A stretch of 64,000 nucleotides of DNA from Candidatus Heteroscillospira sp. (GCA_050943935.1 JBMNQC010000004.1:107759-171758); one strand, 5' to 3'; counted from the stretch's first letter, positions 30,026 through 40,777 are shown. Notes: a model not told the origin generated them from the sequence alone. Numbers and translations: made by a program.

Positions 30026-30862
30026 TTATTTGTGTTTCCCTTTTCCGTGGGTCATGCTTGCTTTTCCCCGCTGGTTCATCGGATTTTTCAAGTGTTTGGA
30101 CAGCTTCAAAATCTCAATCAAGGTCACAAACTGCTCCATTGAGATGGCGTCATAGTCCACACCGTACTGCCGAAGAAAAATCCTTGCCCGCTTTTCATCG
30201 TCGCTGCCCTCATAGTTCATGGCCTCTTGCAGTTGCTTTTGGGCTTCAAGGGCAACGGATGGGGCGTCTGCCGTGGTAGTATCGTCCCGGTGAGCCTCCC
30301 GAATGTCACGGAGTATGGTCGTCAAATCCTCAGAGATCACATGACCGAAGTATTCATCCTCCCGCACCTGCGCCAGTTCCAAAGTCCGCAGATGCAGATC
30401 GTCAGCGTTTCCCTCCTGCTTCAACAGCACCATTTGACGGACAGATTCAAGAACAACGTTCATGTCGTTGATCCTCATATCCGCAATCCGATCCACGAAA
30501 ATCTCACCGTCCAGCATCATGCGCTGAAAATCCTTGTGGCATATAATTTCTGACAGCAGCCGCTTATTGAACTTTCCTTCTTTCAAAACATCAATCGCAT
30601 CATCACTCAAATGCAGAGCGTTCAACTCTGCGTTTGGGTGATTTTTTTGTTCCGTCATGCCCAGCAGATAATCCGTGGATACACTGTAGAACTTCGCCAG
30701 CGTCACGATAGCAAAGAGACTGATGTCCTTGAAATCGTCGTTTTCATATTTGCCCAGAGCCGACTTGGAAAGCCCGGTCTGCTCCGCAAGCTGTTCCAGC
30801 GTCAGTCTGCGCTCCACCCGCAAATCCTTCAATTTTTCCTGTATGGTTAAGGTCGTATTCAT
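30026..30862 (-). CDS. XRE-family HTH regulator with long C-terminal domain
   Basis: 278 aa. N-terminal HTH LTLEQLAEQTGLSKSALGKYEND. Confidence 0.8.
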   Translation of the reverse strand: MNTTLTIQEKLKDLRVERRLTLEQLAEQTGLSKSALGKYENDDFKDISLFAIVTLAKFYSVSTDYLLGMTEQKNHPNAELNALHLSDDAIDVLKEGKFNKRLLSEIICHKDFQRMMLDGEIFVDRIADMRINDMNVVLESVRQMVLLKQEGNADDLHLRTLELAQVREDEYFGHVISEDLTTILRDIREAHRDDTTTADAPSVALEAQKQLQEAMNYEGSDDEKRARIFLRQYGVDYDAISMEQFVTLIEILKLSKHLKNPMNQRGKASMTHGKGKHK

Positions 30863-30987
30863 ACCGTGTCCCCCTTGCGCCCGTTGGTATTGTTCGTTAT
30901 TTCCATTATATCACAGCTTGTCCATAAGCGTGGAAATATTCGCTTTTGGATGCCAATTTCCGACCTTTTGGATATACGGGAACGGTC

Positions 30988-31016
30988 ATATATTTTCGCT
31001 AAAATGTAATTGTCAA
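30988..31016 (-). promoter_or_regulatory. putative promoter of the XRE gene
   Basis: Minus strand: TTGACA (complement of 31011-31016), 17-nt spacer, ATATAT (complement of 30988-30993). Flanked by the 9/10 inverted repeat ACGGTCATAT / ACATGACCGT. Confidence 0.45.
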
Positions 31017-31526
31017 CAGACATTGCAGCTTGAAAACCACATGACCGTCCGAATGAGATATGCCGACTGGTGAAGCACCGCCAAGACCTTACCTCTGGTC
31101 ACCGTGACCAGAGGTGACTTCGGGACAAATTGTCCCAAAGCTAAGAGCGTGCCAAGGCCGGGGATACGCCGGGGTGAGATTCCCGGGCAGGAACGACGTT
31201 CGGGAAGAACGGCACTTAAAAATGCAACTCAAAATCAAGCCATGTGAAATCAGCGAACATTCCGCAATCTGAGTATTGCTAACCACACCAAAGAGCGTTG
31301 CGCCGAACAGCGCACACGGTACGGCATCCGGCGTGGATGTTCGCCGTTTCGCATGACTTCACACAAAACTGTGAAACCGAAAGACCGCCCTACTGGACAG
31401 GGCATCATGGGCGGCAATCTGAGCGGAAATTCACTTTCAGAAAAACAACGCTCCACAGCGAACAGAGCTTGCCGTTGGGCATATCCGGTTCACTGCGGAG
31501 ACTACGAAAAAAGGATGATTTTCAGT

Positions 31527-32370
<844 letters not shown>

Positions 32371-32388
32371 AGGGGGGGGATTTACAGG

Positions 32389-32404
32389 AATGTGTACCTT
32401 TCTG
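32389..32404 (+). repeat. inverted repeat, left arm (AATGTGTACCTTTCTG)
   Basis: Exact reverse complement of 32523-32538. Confidence 0.9.
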
Positions 32405-32522
32405 TAAATCATCACAGAAATTTAAACACAGTTATTATAGCACAACGCAACAAGATTTTCTATATAAAAATGGCGAAATCATTCACGATTTAGTGAACAG
32501 GAAAATGTGCGTTTTCACCTTG

Positions 32523-32538
32523 CAGAAAGGTACACATT
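32523..32538 (-). repeat. inverted repeat, right arm (CAGAAAGGTACACATT)
   Basis: Exact reverse complement of 32389-32404. Ends 21 nt before the ATG at 32559. Confidence 0.9.
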
Positions 32539-32558
32539 TTTGTTGGGGGACATGCACC

Positions 32559-33338
32559 ATGAAGATTGTAGCAATACTGTTCGGCTACGCGATCATTTTT
32601 GTGTTTTTCTTCTGGCTGGCCAAAACGATTGGCCGCGCAGTGAATCGGAAGAAAACTGCAACAGCCTTCCGCAGCCATGCTGTGGATCGCGCCAGCGTAA
32701 ATAAGGCGTCAAGTTTCAGCGACATTCAGAGCATTTTCAAGTCAGTGATCTCGTGCAAGCGCTGCGGCGCCAAACTTCGGGTTCCCTGCAACAGGGGAAT
32801 CATTGAGGTGAACTGTCCTAAATGTGGAAATAAATTTCGGCACGACAGCGGGGCAAAGGATAAGGCAGCAGCAAAATCGTCCACGCCCACAAATCCACCC
32901 AAATCATCTAAATCCACCGACGAGTTGGACAACTACCGGCCAGGCGGAGCCTTGCGAAGGGAAATCAACCCAAATCCCACCAGCGATCGGGAAGCGCTTT
33001 TGAACCTCATCGCCACCTGGGCAGCTGCCTGTATAAGAACCCAGCTTTTTGACCGCACCAGCGGCCTTTGGCAGATGGTGCAAAAGCGCGGGGGCAGTCT
33101 CCAGTCGGCGAGTATAAACTTTGCTGCCTGTCAGGTGAATTTCGATTTCCGTTTTTCCAATGCTCCGGCACCGGGACACACTTTCCAATACAGCTACAAT
33201 GAGATAACCAACGAAGAAGGAAAAGCCCCCATCTTCCTCAACAATATGGAGATTGAATGGGTACGTTGCGCTGCGCTGTCCCACTTGGCAGACACGGCCC
33301 CCGGCGCTAAGATGAAAAACGGACGTATCTGGTATTAA
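32559..33338 (+). CDS. hypothetical membrane-anchored zinc-ribbon protein
   Basis: N-terminal TM helix IVAILFGYAIIFVFFFWLA, then CKRCGAKLRVPC...NCPKCGNKF (CxxC...CxxC). Alternative start at 32505 lies inside the inverted-repeat-bounded segment. Confidence 0.6.
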   Translation: MKIVAILFGYAIIFVFFFWLAKTIGRAVNRKKTATAFRSHAVDRASVNKASSFSDIQSIFKSVISCKRCGAKLRVPCNRGIIEVNCPKCGNKFRHDSGAKDKAAAKSSTPTNPPKSSKSTDELDNYRPGGALRREINPNPTSDREALLNLIATWAAACIRTQLFDRTSGLWQMVQKRGGSLQSASINFAACQVNFDFRFSNAPAPGHTFQYSYNEITNEEGKAPIFLNNMEIEWVRCAALSHLADTAPGAKMKNGRIWY

Positions 33339-33398
33339 AAAGCAAGCCTGCTGAATTTACAATTCGGAGGACTAAAACAAAAGGAGAGGAAATGAATT

Positions 33399-33572
33399 AT
33401 GAATTCCAGCGATTACAACAAATACCTTGCATCCATTAAGGCGGCCAATGACTGCGAGGCATCTCGCGCACGGGAGCTTTTGAGGCAAATTCAGGCAGAC
33501 ATGATTGCGCGGTATGGCTCGGGCGATAGGGATGTGGATTACTTAATCCGTCAGTTTCGCTACAATGTATAA
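33399..33572 (+). CDS. hypothetical 57-aa protein (below the ORF-track cut-off)
   Basis: Hand translation MNSSDYNKYLASIKAANDCEASRARELLRQIQADMIARYGSGDRDVDYLIRQFRYNV. AAGGAGAGGA lies 8 nt upstream. Tight spacing to both neighbours. Confidence 0.5.
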   Translation: MNSSDYNKYLASIKAANDCEASRARELLRQIQADMIARYGSGDRDVDYLIRQFRYNV

Positions 33573-33585
33573 GGGGGCGTGAAAC

Positions 33586-34839
33586 GTGGCTGCAAAGTGT
33601 GATTTGTGCGGTGGCGCACTTATTATGGGCGCCGACGGCCAAAGCGCCACATGCAAAACCTGCGGGATGGAGTATTCTGTTGAACGGGTGCGGGAACTGA
33701 TGGCCTTGGATACAGTTGCGGTGGCCCCCCAAGCCGACAGGCAGGAGCAAGCGACGACGTGCGTGCTGTTCGATGACTATCATGCGGTGCTACTGGAGTT
33801 GTTTGAAGAGCACACAGGCATCTCTGCGGCGGATATGTCGCTTGATGAAGAGGAATTGGAACACGCTGTATTCGACATGATCCCTCTTGCATCAAAAGTC
33901 TCGACAATCGACTTTGGGGATTATGCTATTATAGCGACGACAAAGGGCGTGATGACCAAAGTGCTGGATGCAGCCATGCGCAAAACGCTCTCCCGTTATA
34001 AAAAGGGACAGAGAGGTGCAAAGCTTTGGTGCCGCATATTCCTTTCTACACATTATAGAGACGAATTTATCCAGTTTGTTTTACCAGACAATGTGCTTTG
34101 GGAGGTCTCAGGGCTTTCAGAAGGGACACTGGAACAGGCCGTGGCCGAGCTGCAGCAGGAGCTCCCCTTCGGAATTGCGCTAAAGGGGCGAAACGATATC
34201 GTGCAGAATACCGCGCCGACGCCCGCATTGCAGGAAGATGTGCTTGAAGCGACCTGGGAGGAAACTTCAGATGCCGATGTTGCTGCCCAACCACCAGAAA
34301 TGTTTCATATGACAGGCAAATGCGAGTATTACGGTTCTGTAATCAGAGGGGAGGAATCAAGCGCAAATTTTGATGTGGTAAAAGCTATTGCGTTATGTGA
34401 AAAAGCTGACGCAGCCTATAATAGAAATAGCATAGGCAAAGCAATAAGTTACCTCGAAGAGGCCTTGAGATATGATGCGGACAATTATATAGTATGGAAC
34501 AAATTGGGTAGAGCTTATAGGGCATTAAGCTATCTGGACGAAGCAAGAAAGTGTTACCAAAAGGCACTTGAAATAAAACCTGGTGCTATTGATGTGATTG
34601 CAAATATTGGGGTTCTCGAGTTTTCATGTAATAATTATCAGCTTGCGTATCAATATTGCAAACAAGCTTTTGAAGTAGGAGGAGCAACACGAGCAGATAA
34701 CGCAGTATACGCAGCGAACTACGCCATGATGATAGCTAAAATTGGAGATAAGGAAGAAGCTCTTAGAGTATTAGAAATAGCACGAAAAAGAGGGTATCGC
34801 AATTACACTACACTCAAAAGAATGATAAGACAAAACTAA
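33586..34839 (+). CDS. hypothetical zinc-ribbon / TPR-repeat protein
   Basis: 417 aa (GTG start). N-terminal CDLCGG...CKTCGMEY zinc ribbon. C-terminal TPR-like repeats (AISYLEEALRYDADNYIVWNKLGRAYRALSYLDEARKCYQKALEIKP...). Confidence 0.65.
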   Translation: MAAKCDLCGGALIMGADGQSATCKTCGMEYSVERVRELMALDTVAVAPQADRQEQATTCVLFDDYHAVLLELFEEHTGISAADMSLDEEELEHAVFDMIPLASKVSTIDFGDYAIIATTKGVMTKVLDAAMRKTLSRYKKGQRGAKLWCRIFLSTHYRDEFIQFVLPDNVLWEVSGLSEGTLEQAVAELQQELPFGIALKGRNDIVQNTAPTPALQEDVLEATWEETSDADVAAQPPEMFHMTGKCEYYGSVIRGEESSANFDVVKAIALCEKADAAYNRNSIGKAISYLEEALRYDADNYIVWNKLGRAYRALSYLDEARKCYQKALEIKPGAIDVIANIGVLEFSCNNYQLAYQYCKQAFEVGGATRADNAVYAANYAMMIAKIGDKEEALRVLEIARKRGYRNYTTLKRMIRQN

Positions 34840-34849
34840 ATAAAAAAAC

Positions 34850-34893
34850 AAGCCAAAAGCGGCCAACCGTAACAAGTTGGTTTCTTTTGGCTT
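34850..34893 (+). terminator. intrinsic terminator after the TPR gene
   Basis: AAGCCAAAAG...CTTTTGGCTT hairpin, followed by a T-rich stretch. Confidence 0.6.
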
Positions 34894-34984
34894 ACTTATT
34901 TTTAAGAAGAGGCACCGCCATGAGGCTAAAATCAGCACCGATGTCAAGCCCAATTGAGATGTAGAAACGTCGTTCGTTTCTCAT
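34892..34984 (-). pseudogene. 30-codon stub of a RuvC/DEDD-type (IS110-like?) transposase N-terminus
   Basis: Hand translation MRNERRFYISIGLDIGADFSLMAVPLLKNK*, with GAAGGA 7 nt upstream. The IGLDIG motif resembles the first catalytic-Asp motif of RuvC-like/DEDD enzymes. Confidence 0.35.
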
Positions 34985-35178
34985 ATTCTATCCTTCTTCC
35001 CGTTAATGGTTACAGGGATTTCTTTTTGAAATAGTGTGATATATCCTCGTACGGAATCCCGAAATAGACAAATAGACCCCAACCGGCCAAATCATGAAAC
35101 ATAACTGTGGGGATAGACTGATCTCAGTATGATTTCATGACTGGCTTTTGTCGATGAGAGCCTGTTGCCCAGAAGGCT

Positions 35179-35472
35179 TTGCCAGTGAAGCTGTCTTTAT
35201 CCCTTAGTGTAATTATACTAAGGGCGCACTTCTATCTGGCCCGCCGGGAATTGAAACCCTATCTGGAGGAGGGCGGCAAGCTGCCTGTGGCCCAATGGGA
35301 GGCAGAGCGTACCCGGCTGAAACAGGAGTATGCGGCGGAGAGCGAGGCATACAAGCCCATTCTTGCCGATTTGAAAAGCTTGCGGCAAATCCAGTACGCC
35401 GTCGATAGCGCCCGCCATGAGCAGGAGCGCAGCGAACAGGCGCAGAACCGAAAATACGAACAGGAACGATGA
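35179..35472 (+). pseudogene. probable C-terminal remnant of a mobilisation/relaxase gene
   Basis: The coding-like part starts just after the hairpin CCCTTAGTGTAATTATACTAAGGG. A Glu/Arg/Gln-rich coiled tail sits upstream of the TnpW-like gene, as in clostridial Tn4451-like elements. Confidence 0.35.
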
Positions 35473-35487
35473 AAGGAGAAACCGACT

Positions 35488-37424
<1,937 letters not shown>

Positions 37425-37479
37425 CCCAAAGGCCATGCCATTCCCTGTTAAATACGGATTACTGTTTTATTAGCCGCCG

Positions 37480-37487
37480 CCTGTTGG
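37480..37487 (+). repeat. right junction core CCTGTTGG (attR side)
   Basis: Identical to 29896-29903. Followed by GGGGGTGGTTTTTT, which complements AAAAACCACCCCC at 29886-29898. Confidence 0.7.
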
Positions 37488-37502
37488 GGGTGGTTTTTTC
37501 AT

Positions 37503-37910
37503 TCATCTGCTTCCCAGATAACCCTCCAGGATAAGGGAGGCGGCCACGGCGTCCACCTTTTGACGGTGCTTTTTCATTTTAAGCCCAGAGTCGTGGAGGA
37601 TGCGGTGGGCGTCTATGCTGGTGCGGCGCTCATCCCAGAGTATCACCTTTGGCGAGCCCAAGCTCTCCAGCAAAACGGCAAATTCGCGGCTTTTTTCGGC
37701 TCGGGGGCCTTCGGTACCGTCCATGTTTTTGGGAAGTCCCAGGACAAGCTCCGAAACTCCGCGCTCACTACACTCGCGGACTATGGACTCCGCGGCGCGC
37801 TGCATATTCCACTCGTTGAGGGTCCACGCCTCGCCGCAGATACTGCCCAGCAGGTCGGATACTGCCAGACCTATGCGGGCGTCACCGTAGTCGATTGCCA
37901 GCACACGCAT
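37503..37910 (-). CDS. ruvX: Holliday junction resolvase-like RNase RuvX/YqgF
   Basis: 135 aa. MRVLAIDYGDARIGLAVSD N-terminus. Confidence 0.9.
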   Translation of the reverse strand: MRVLAIDYGDARIGLAVSDLLGSICGEAWTLNEWNMQRAAESIVRECSERGVSELVLGLPKNMDGTEGPRAEKSREFAVLLESLGSPKVILWDERRTSIDAHRILHDSGLKMKKHRQKVDAVAASLILEGYLGSR

Positions 37911-37935
37911 AAAAAACCTCCAAAAATAAGCGGGA

Positions 37936-38451
37936 TTAAGCCGCGGCCACCAGGCCGTGCTTTTTAAGGGACCTGCTGAGCTGAACCAGAACGGGGATGA
38001 CCACCAGCTCGGCTATCATGCAGGCTATACCCTGGGGCATGCGGATACCAAGCTGAACCCAGAAGGGGCTGCCGTACATGAGGGAGAGGGCGCCGGTGGT
38101 GATGAGCATGCTGCACAGAAAGCTGCCGGCGGCTGCAAACACCACGTCGGGGAAGAAGCGGACGTTTTCCCGGTGCAGGAACAGGCCGTAAAAGAAGCCG
38201 CAGACCATAACGGACAGGGTGATGCCGGGGTTGATGCTGCCGTAGAAAACAGACGCGCCTATGCAGTCGGCCACGCCGTAGGCCACGGCAGTCCACACAG
38301 GCCCGAACAGCAGGCCGCACATGGCCATAGGCACGAAGCCGAAGCCTATACGCAGGCTGTCGGTGTTGATGGAGCACAGGCGGCTGAGCACCAGCTGCAG
38401 GGCAATGAGCATGGAAATTTGAGTGAGCATTCTCACGTTCATTTTTTTCAT
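37936..38451 (-). CDS. folT: folate ECF transporter S component
   Basis: 171 aa polytopic protein (…LSRLCSINTDSLRIGFGFVPMAM…). Preceded by a THF riboswitch and next to folC. Confidence 0.8.
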   Translation of the reverse strand: MKKMNVRMLTQISMLIALQLVLSRLCSINTDSLRIGFGFVPMAMCGLLFGPVWTAVAYGVADCIGASVFYGSINPGITLSVMVCGFFYGLFLHRENVRFFPDVVFAAAGSFLCSMLITTGALSLMYGSPFWVQLGIRMPQGIACMIAELVVIPVLVQLSRSLKKHGLVAAA

Positions 38452-38532
38452 TATTCAATTCTCCTTTCGCGTTTTACCACGATCAATTCTGATGTGCCAC
38501 GAAAGGAGAACTTACAGGACTCTCCTCCGGTG

Positions 38533-38650
38533 GCAGCGGATGCGGATACGGCACCGCAGCGTCATTCCGGTGCGACCAACACCGGCAAGGGCTTTCGTCC
38601 GGCGGCAACTTCCCATCCGCCGACACTTAACGCGCCGTTCCTACTCTGTC
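38533..38650 (-). promoter_or_regulatory. THF (tetrahydrofolate) riboswitch
   Basis: Minus strand reads CAGAGUAGGAACGGCGCGUUAAGUGUCGGCGGAUGGGAAGUUGCCGCCGGACGAAAGCC...CGCAUCCGCUG. This matches the conserved AGAGUAG / CGCGUUAAGUG / GGAUGGGA / CAUCCGCU blocks of the folT motif. Confidence 0.75.
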
Positions 38651-38724
38651 ATTCAGTTTTGTTGGAAAGTCCTTATCACCTCAATTTCAAAAAGTGGATT
38701 TTGCTCTCAGCTTCCGGCTCCGGC

Positions 38725-39990
38725 CTATTCAAGGCCGAAGCAATCCCTGATGGGTCCCGCCATGTAGAGCGAGCCTACAGCCACCACAAGGCCGTTTTCT
38801 CCGGCCAGGGCGCGGGCTTTTTCCACGCCCTCGGCTATGCTGCCGCAGGCTGTGACGGGCTTGCCGTATTTCTCCAGATGCTTCGCGTAATTCTCCGCGC
38901 TCAGCGCCCGGGGGCACTGGGGAGTGACGGTGACGTATTCGTGGGCCACCGTGTCCAGTATATCCGTCAGCGCGCCGTAGTCCTTGTCCGCAAGGACGCC
39001 GGTGAGCAGCACGGTCCGGGTATCGGGGAAATAGCGGCGTATATTATCAGCCACGGTCTCGGCGCACTGGGGATTGTGTCCCCCGTCCACCACAAACCAG
39101 GGCTTTTTGGCGATTATCTCAAAGCGCGCGGGCCAATTGACGGTCTCCAGTCCGGCGCGGACAGCCTCATCAGGTATACTGTATCCCTTTATGCGCAGCC
39201 TGTCAACTATCTCAAGCACAACGGCGGCGTTTTTTGCCTGATGCACGCCCAGCAGGGGCGTTGCGTATTTTTCGCCGCGATATATAAACTCCAGTCTGCC
39301 CACATCTCCCGGCAGCACTTCAAGCTGTCCGGGATCGGTTATGGTAAGCAGAGAGCCGGTCTCGGCGCAGCGGCGGCGGACAACGTCCATAACGCTCTCC
39401 GTCTGATAATACATGACCGCGTCGCAGCCGGGCTTTATGATGCCCGCCTTTTCGGCGGCTATCTTTTCCAGAGTGTCGCCCAGTTCACGGGTATGGTCAA
39501 GCCCGATGTTCATAATAACGGAGCAGAGAGGCTTTTCCACAATATTGGTGGCGTCCAGCCTGCCGCCCATGCCGACTTCAACCACCGCGATATCGCACTT
39601 TTTCCAGGCGAAATACAGGAAGGTCATGGCGCAGACCAGTTCAAACTCCGTGGGCGGATTTTCCATGGCGTCCGCATGGGGCTTTATAAACTCCGTCAGC
39701 CTGCACAGTTCCTCATCTGTCACCTGCCGGCCGCAGCACTGCATACGCTCGTTGAATTTAAAAATATACGGAGAGGTGCAAAGTCCGGTCACATAGCCCG
39801 CCTTCGTGAGAATATTGGAAAGCGTCATGGCCGTGGAGCCTTTGCCGTTGGTTCCTGCGATATGTACCACGGGGATCTGCTTCTGGGGGTCGCCCAAACG
39901 GTGCAGCAGCTCGCTCACCCGCTCCAGTCCGGGCACGGAGCCCAGCCAGGACACGCTGTGTATATAGTCCAGCGCCTCGTTTATATCCAT
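38725..39990 (-). CDS. folC: bifunctional folylpolyglutamate synthase / dihydrofolate synthase
   Basis: 421 aa. Mur-ligase P-loop HIAGTNGKGST. Confidence 0.9.
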   Translation of the reverse strand: MDINEALDYIHSVSWLGSVPGLERVSELLHRLGDPQKQIPVVHIAGTNGKGSTAMTLSNILTKAGYVTGLCTSPYIFKFNERMQCCGRQVTDEELCRLTEFIKPHADAMENPPTEFELVCAMTFLYFAWKKCDIAVVEVGMGGRLDATNIVEKPLCSVIMNIGLDHTRELGDTLEKIAAEKAGIIKPGCDAVMYYQTESVMDVVRRRCAETGSLLTITDPGQLEVLPGDVGRLEFIYRGEKYATPLLGVHQAKNAAVVLEIVDRLRIKGYSIPDEAVRAGLETVNWPARFEIIAKKPWFVVDGGHNPQCAETVADNIRRYFPDTRTVLLTGVLADKDYGALTDILDTVAHEYVTVTPQCPRALSAENYAKHLEKYGKPVTACGSIAEGVEKARALAGENGLVVAVGSLYMAGPIRDCFGLE

Positions 39991-40124
39991 TGTGTCTCAC
40001 CTCTGAAAAACTGCGCGGTAAATCAAGCCGGGAATGATTAAAGCGCTTACTGCGTGGTATTATATCATTACCGAACCGCAGTTGCAATAGATAAGGCATC
40101 GCTTTGTCAGAATTATGACGATTT

Positions 40125-40715
40125 TGCGCTCCGCACCTGCCGTAGAATCCGCAGAGCGCTAATTCAGAACTTGTAGAAGCGCGCATTGCGCGCCCGCAGG
40201 GAGAACGTGGCGCAGCCTGCGGTGGGCGGTGTGCGACCCCATTTCTTTCAAAAGAAACGGTGTCGCCCGCCAAAGAAACTGACCGTTCGCCATGGGCCAT
40301 AAGCTGAGCCTGCGGCTCACCTTATTCAAATGGCGAAGGGTGAGTTCCGACTTAATTGCGCCTGAGTCGGTGGAATTGGGCAGTAAGTTTCAGCATAAAG
40401 CTCACCTGTTACTCTTGCACCAAGACGCAGGCCAGAGCTTACATCTACCGCCGCACGAGCGCGTTGTGCGCGTCGGCGAGGCCCAAAAGAGTATTCGATT
40501 TAGGCAAGTTCTTTGGGAAGTCTGAAACCCGTTTCTTTAAAGAAATGGGTTTCAGAACACGACCCCCGCCCGCCGCAGACTGCGCCACGTGCTCTAATGT
40601 CAACTCACATGGGCGCGCATTGCGCGCCCCTGCACGCTCTGAATTTGACCTCAGCAAATTTGAAAGCTTAAACCCTTCCGCCCCTTGCAAAGGTCACCTA
40701 CCCTGTTAGAGGAGG
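40125..40715. repeat. intergenic mosaic repeat cluster 4 (full ~450-bp element, inverted orientation, + partial unit 2)
   Basis: Terminal palindromes at 40179-40193 and 40611-40629. Hairpins at 40235-40264 and 40524-40553. The reverse complement aligns end to end with 43262-43730. Confidence 0.9.
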
Positions 40716-40777
40716 AGATTATCGCGCACGCAGGAAAAAGATGGTTACAATATTATATAAAAATCCGCAAAAACCTG

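Noticed and set aside
31028-31043. CTTGAAAACCA resembling a Hin/Gin hix half-site, which would suggest a second invertible segment in the 660-nt region.
   Set aside because: I found no inverted partner (TGGTTTTCAAG) anywhere in the island. The match is short and may be chance.
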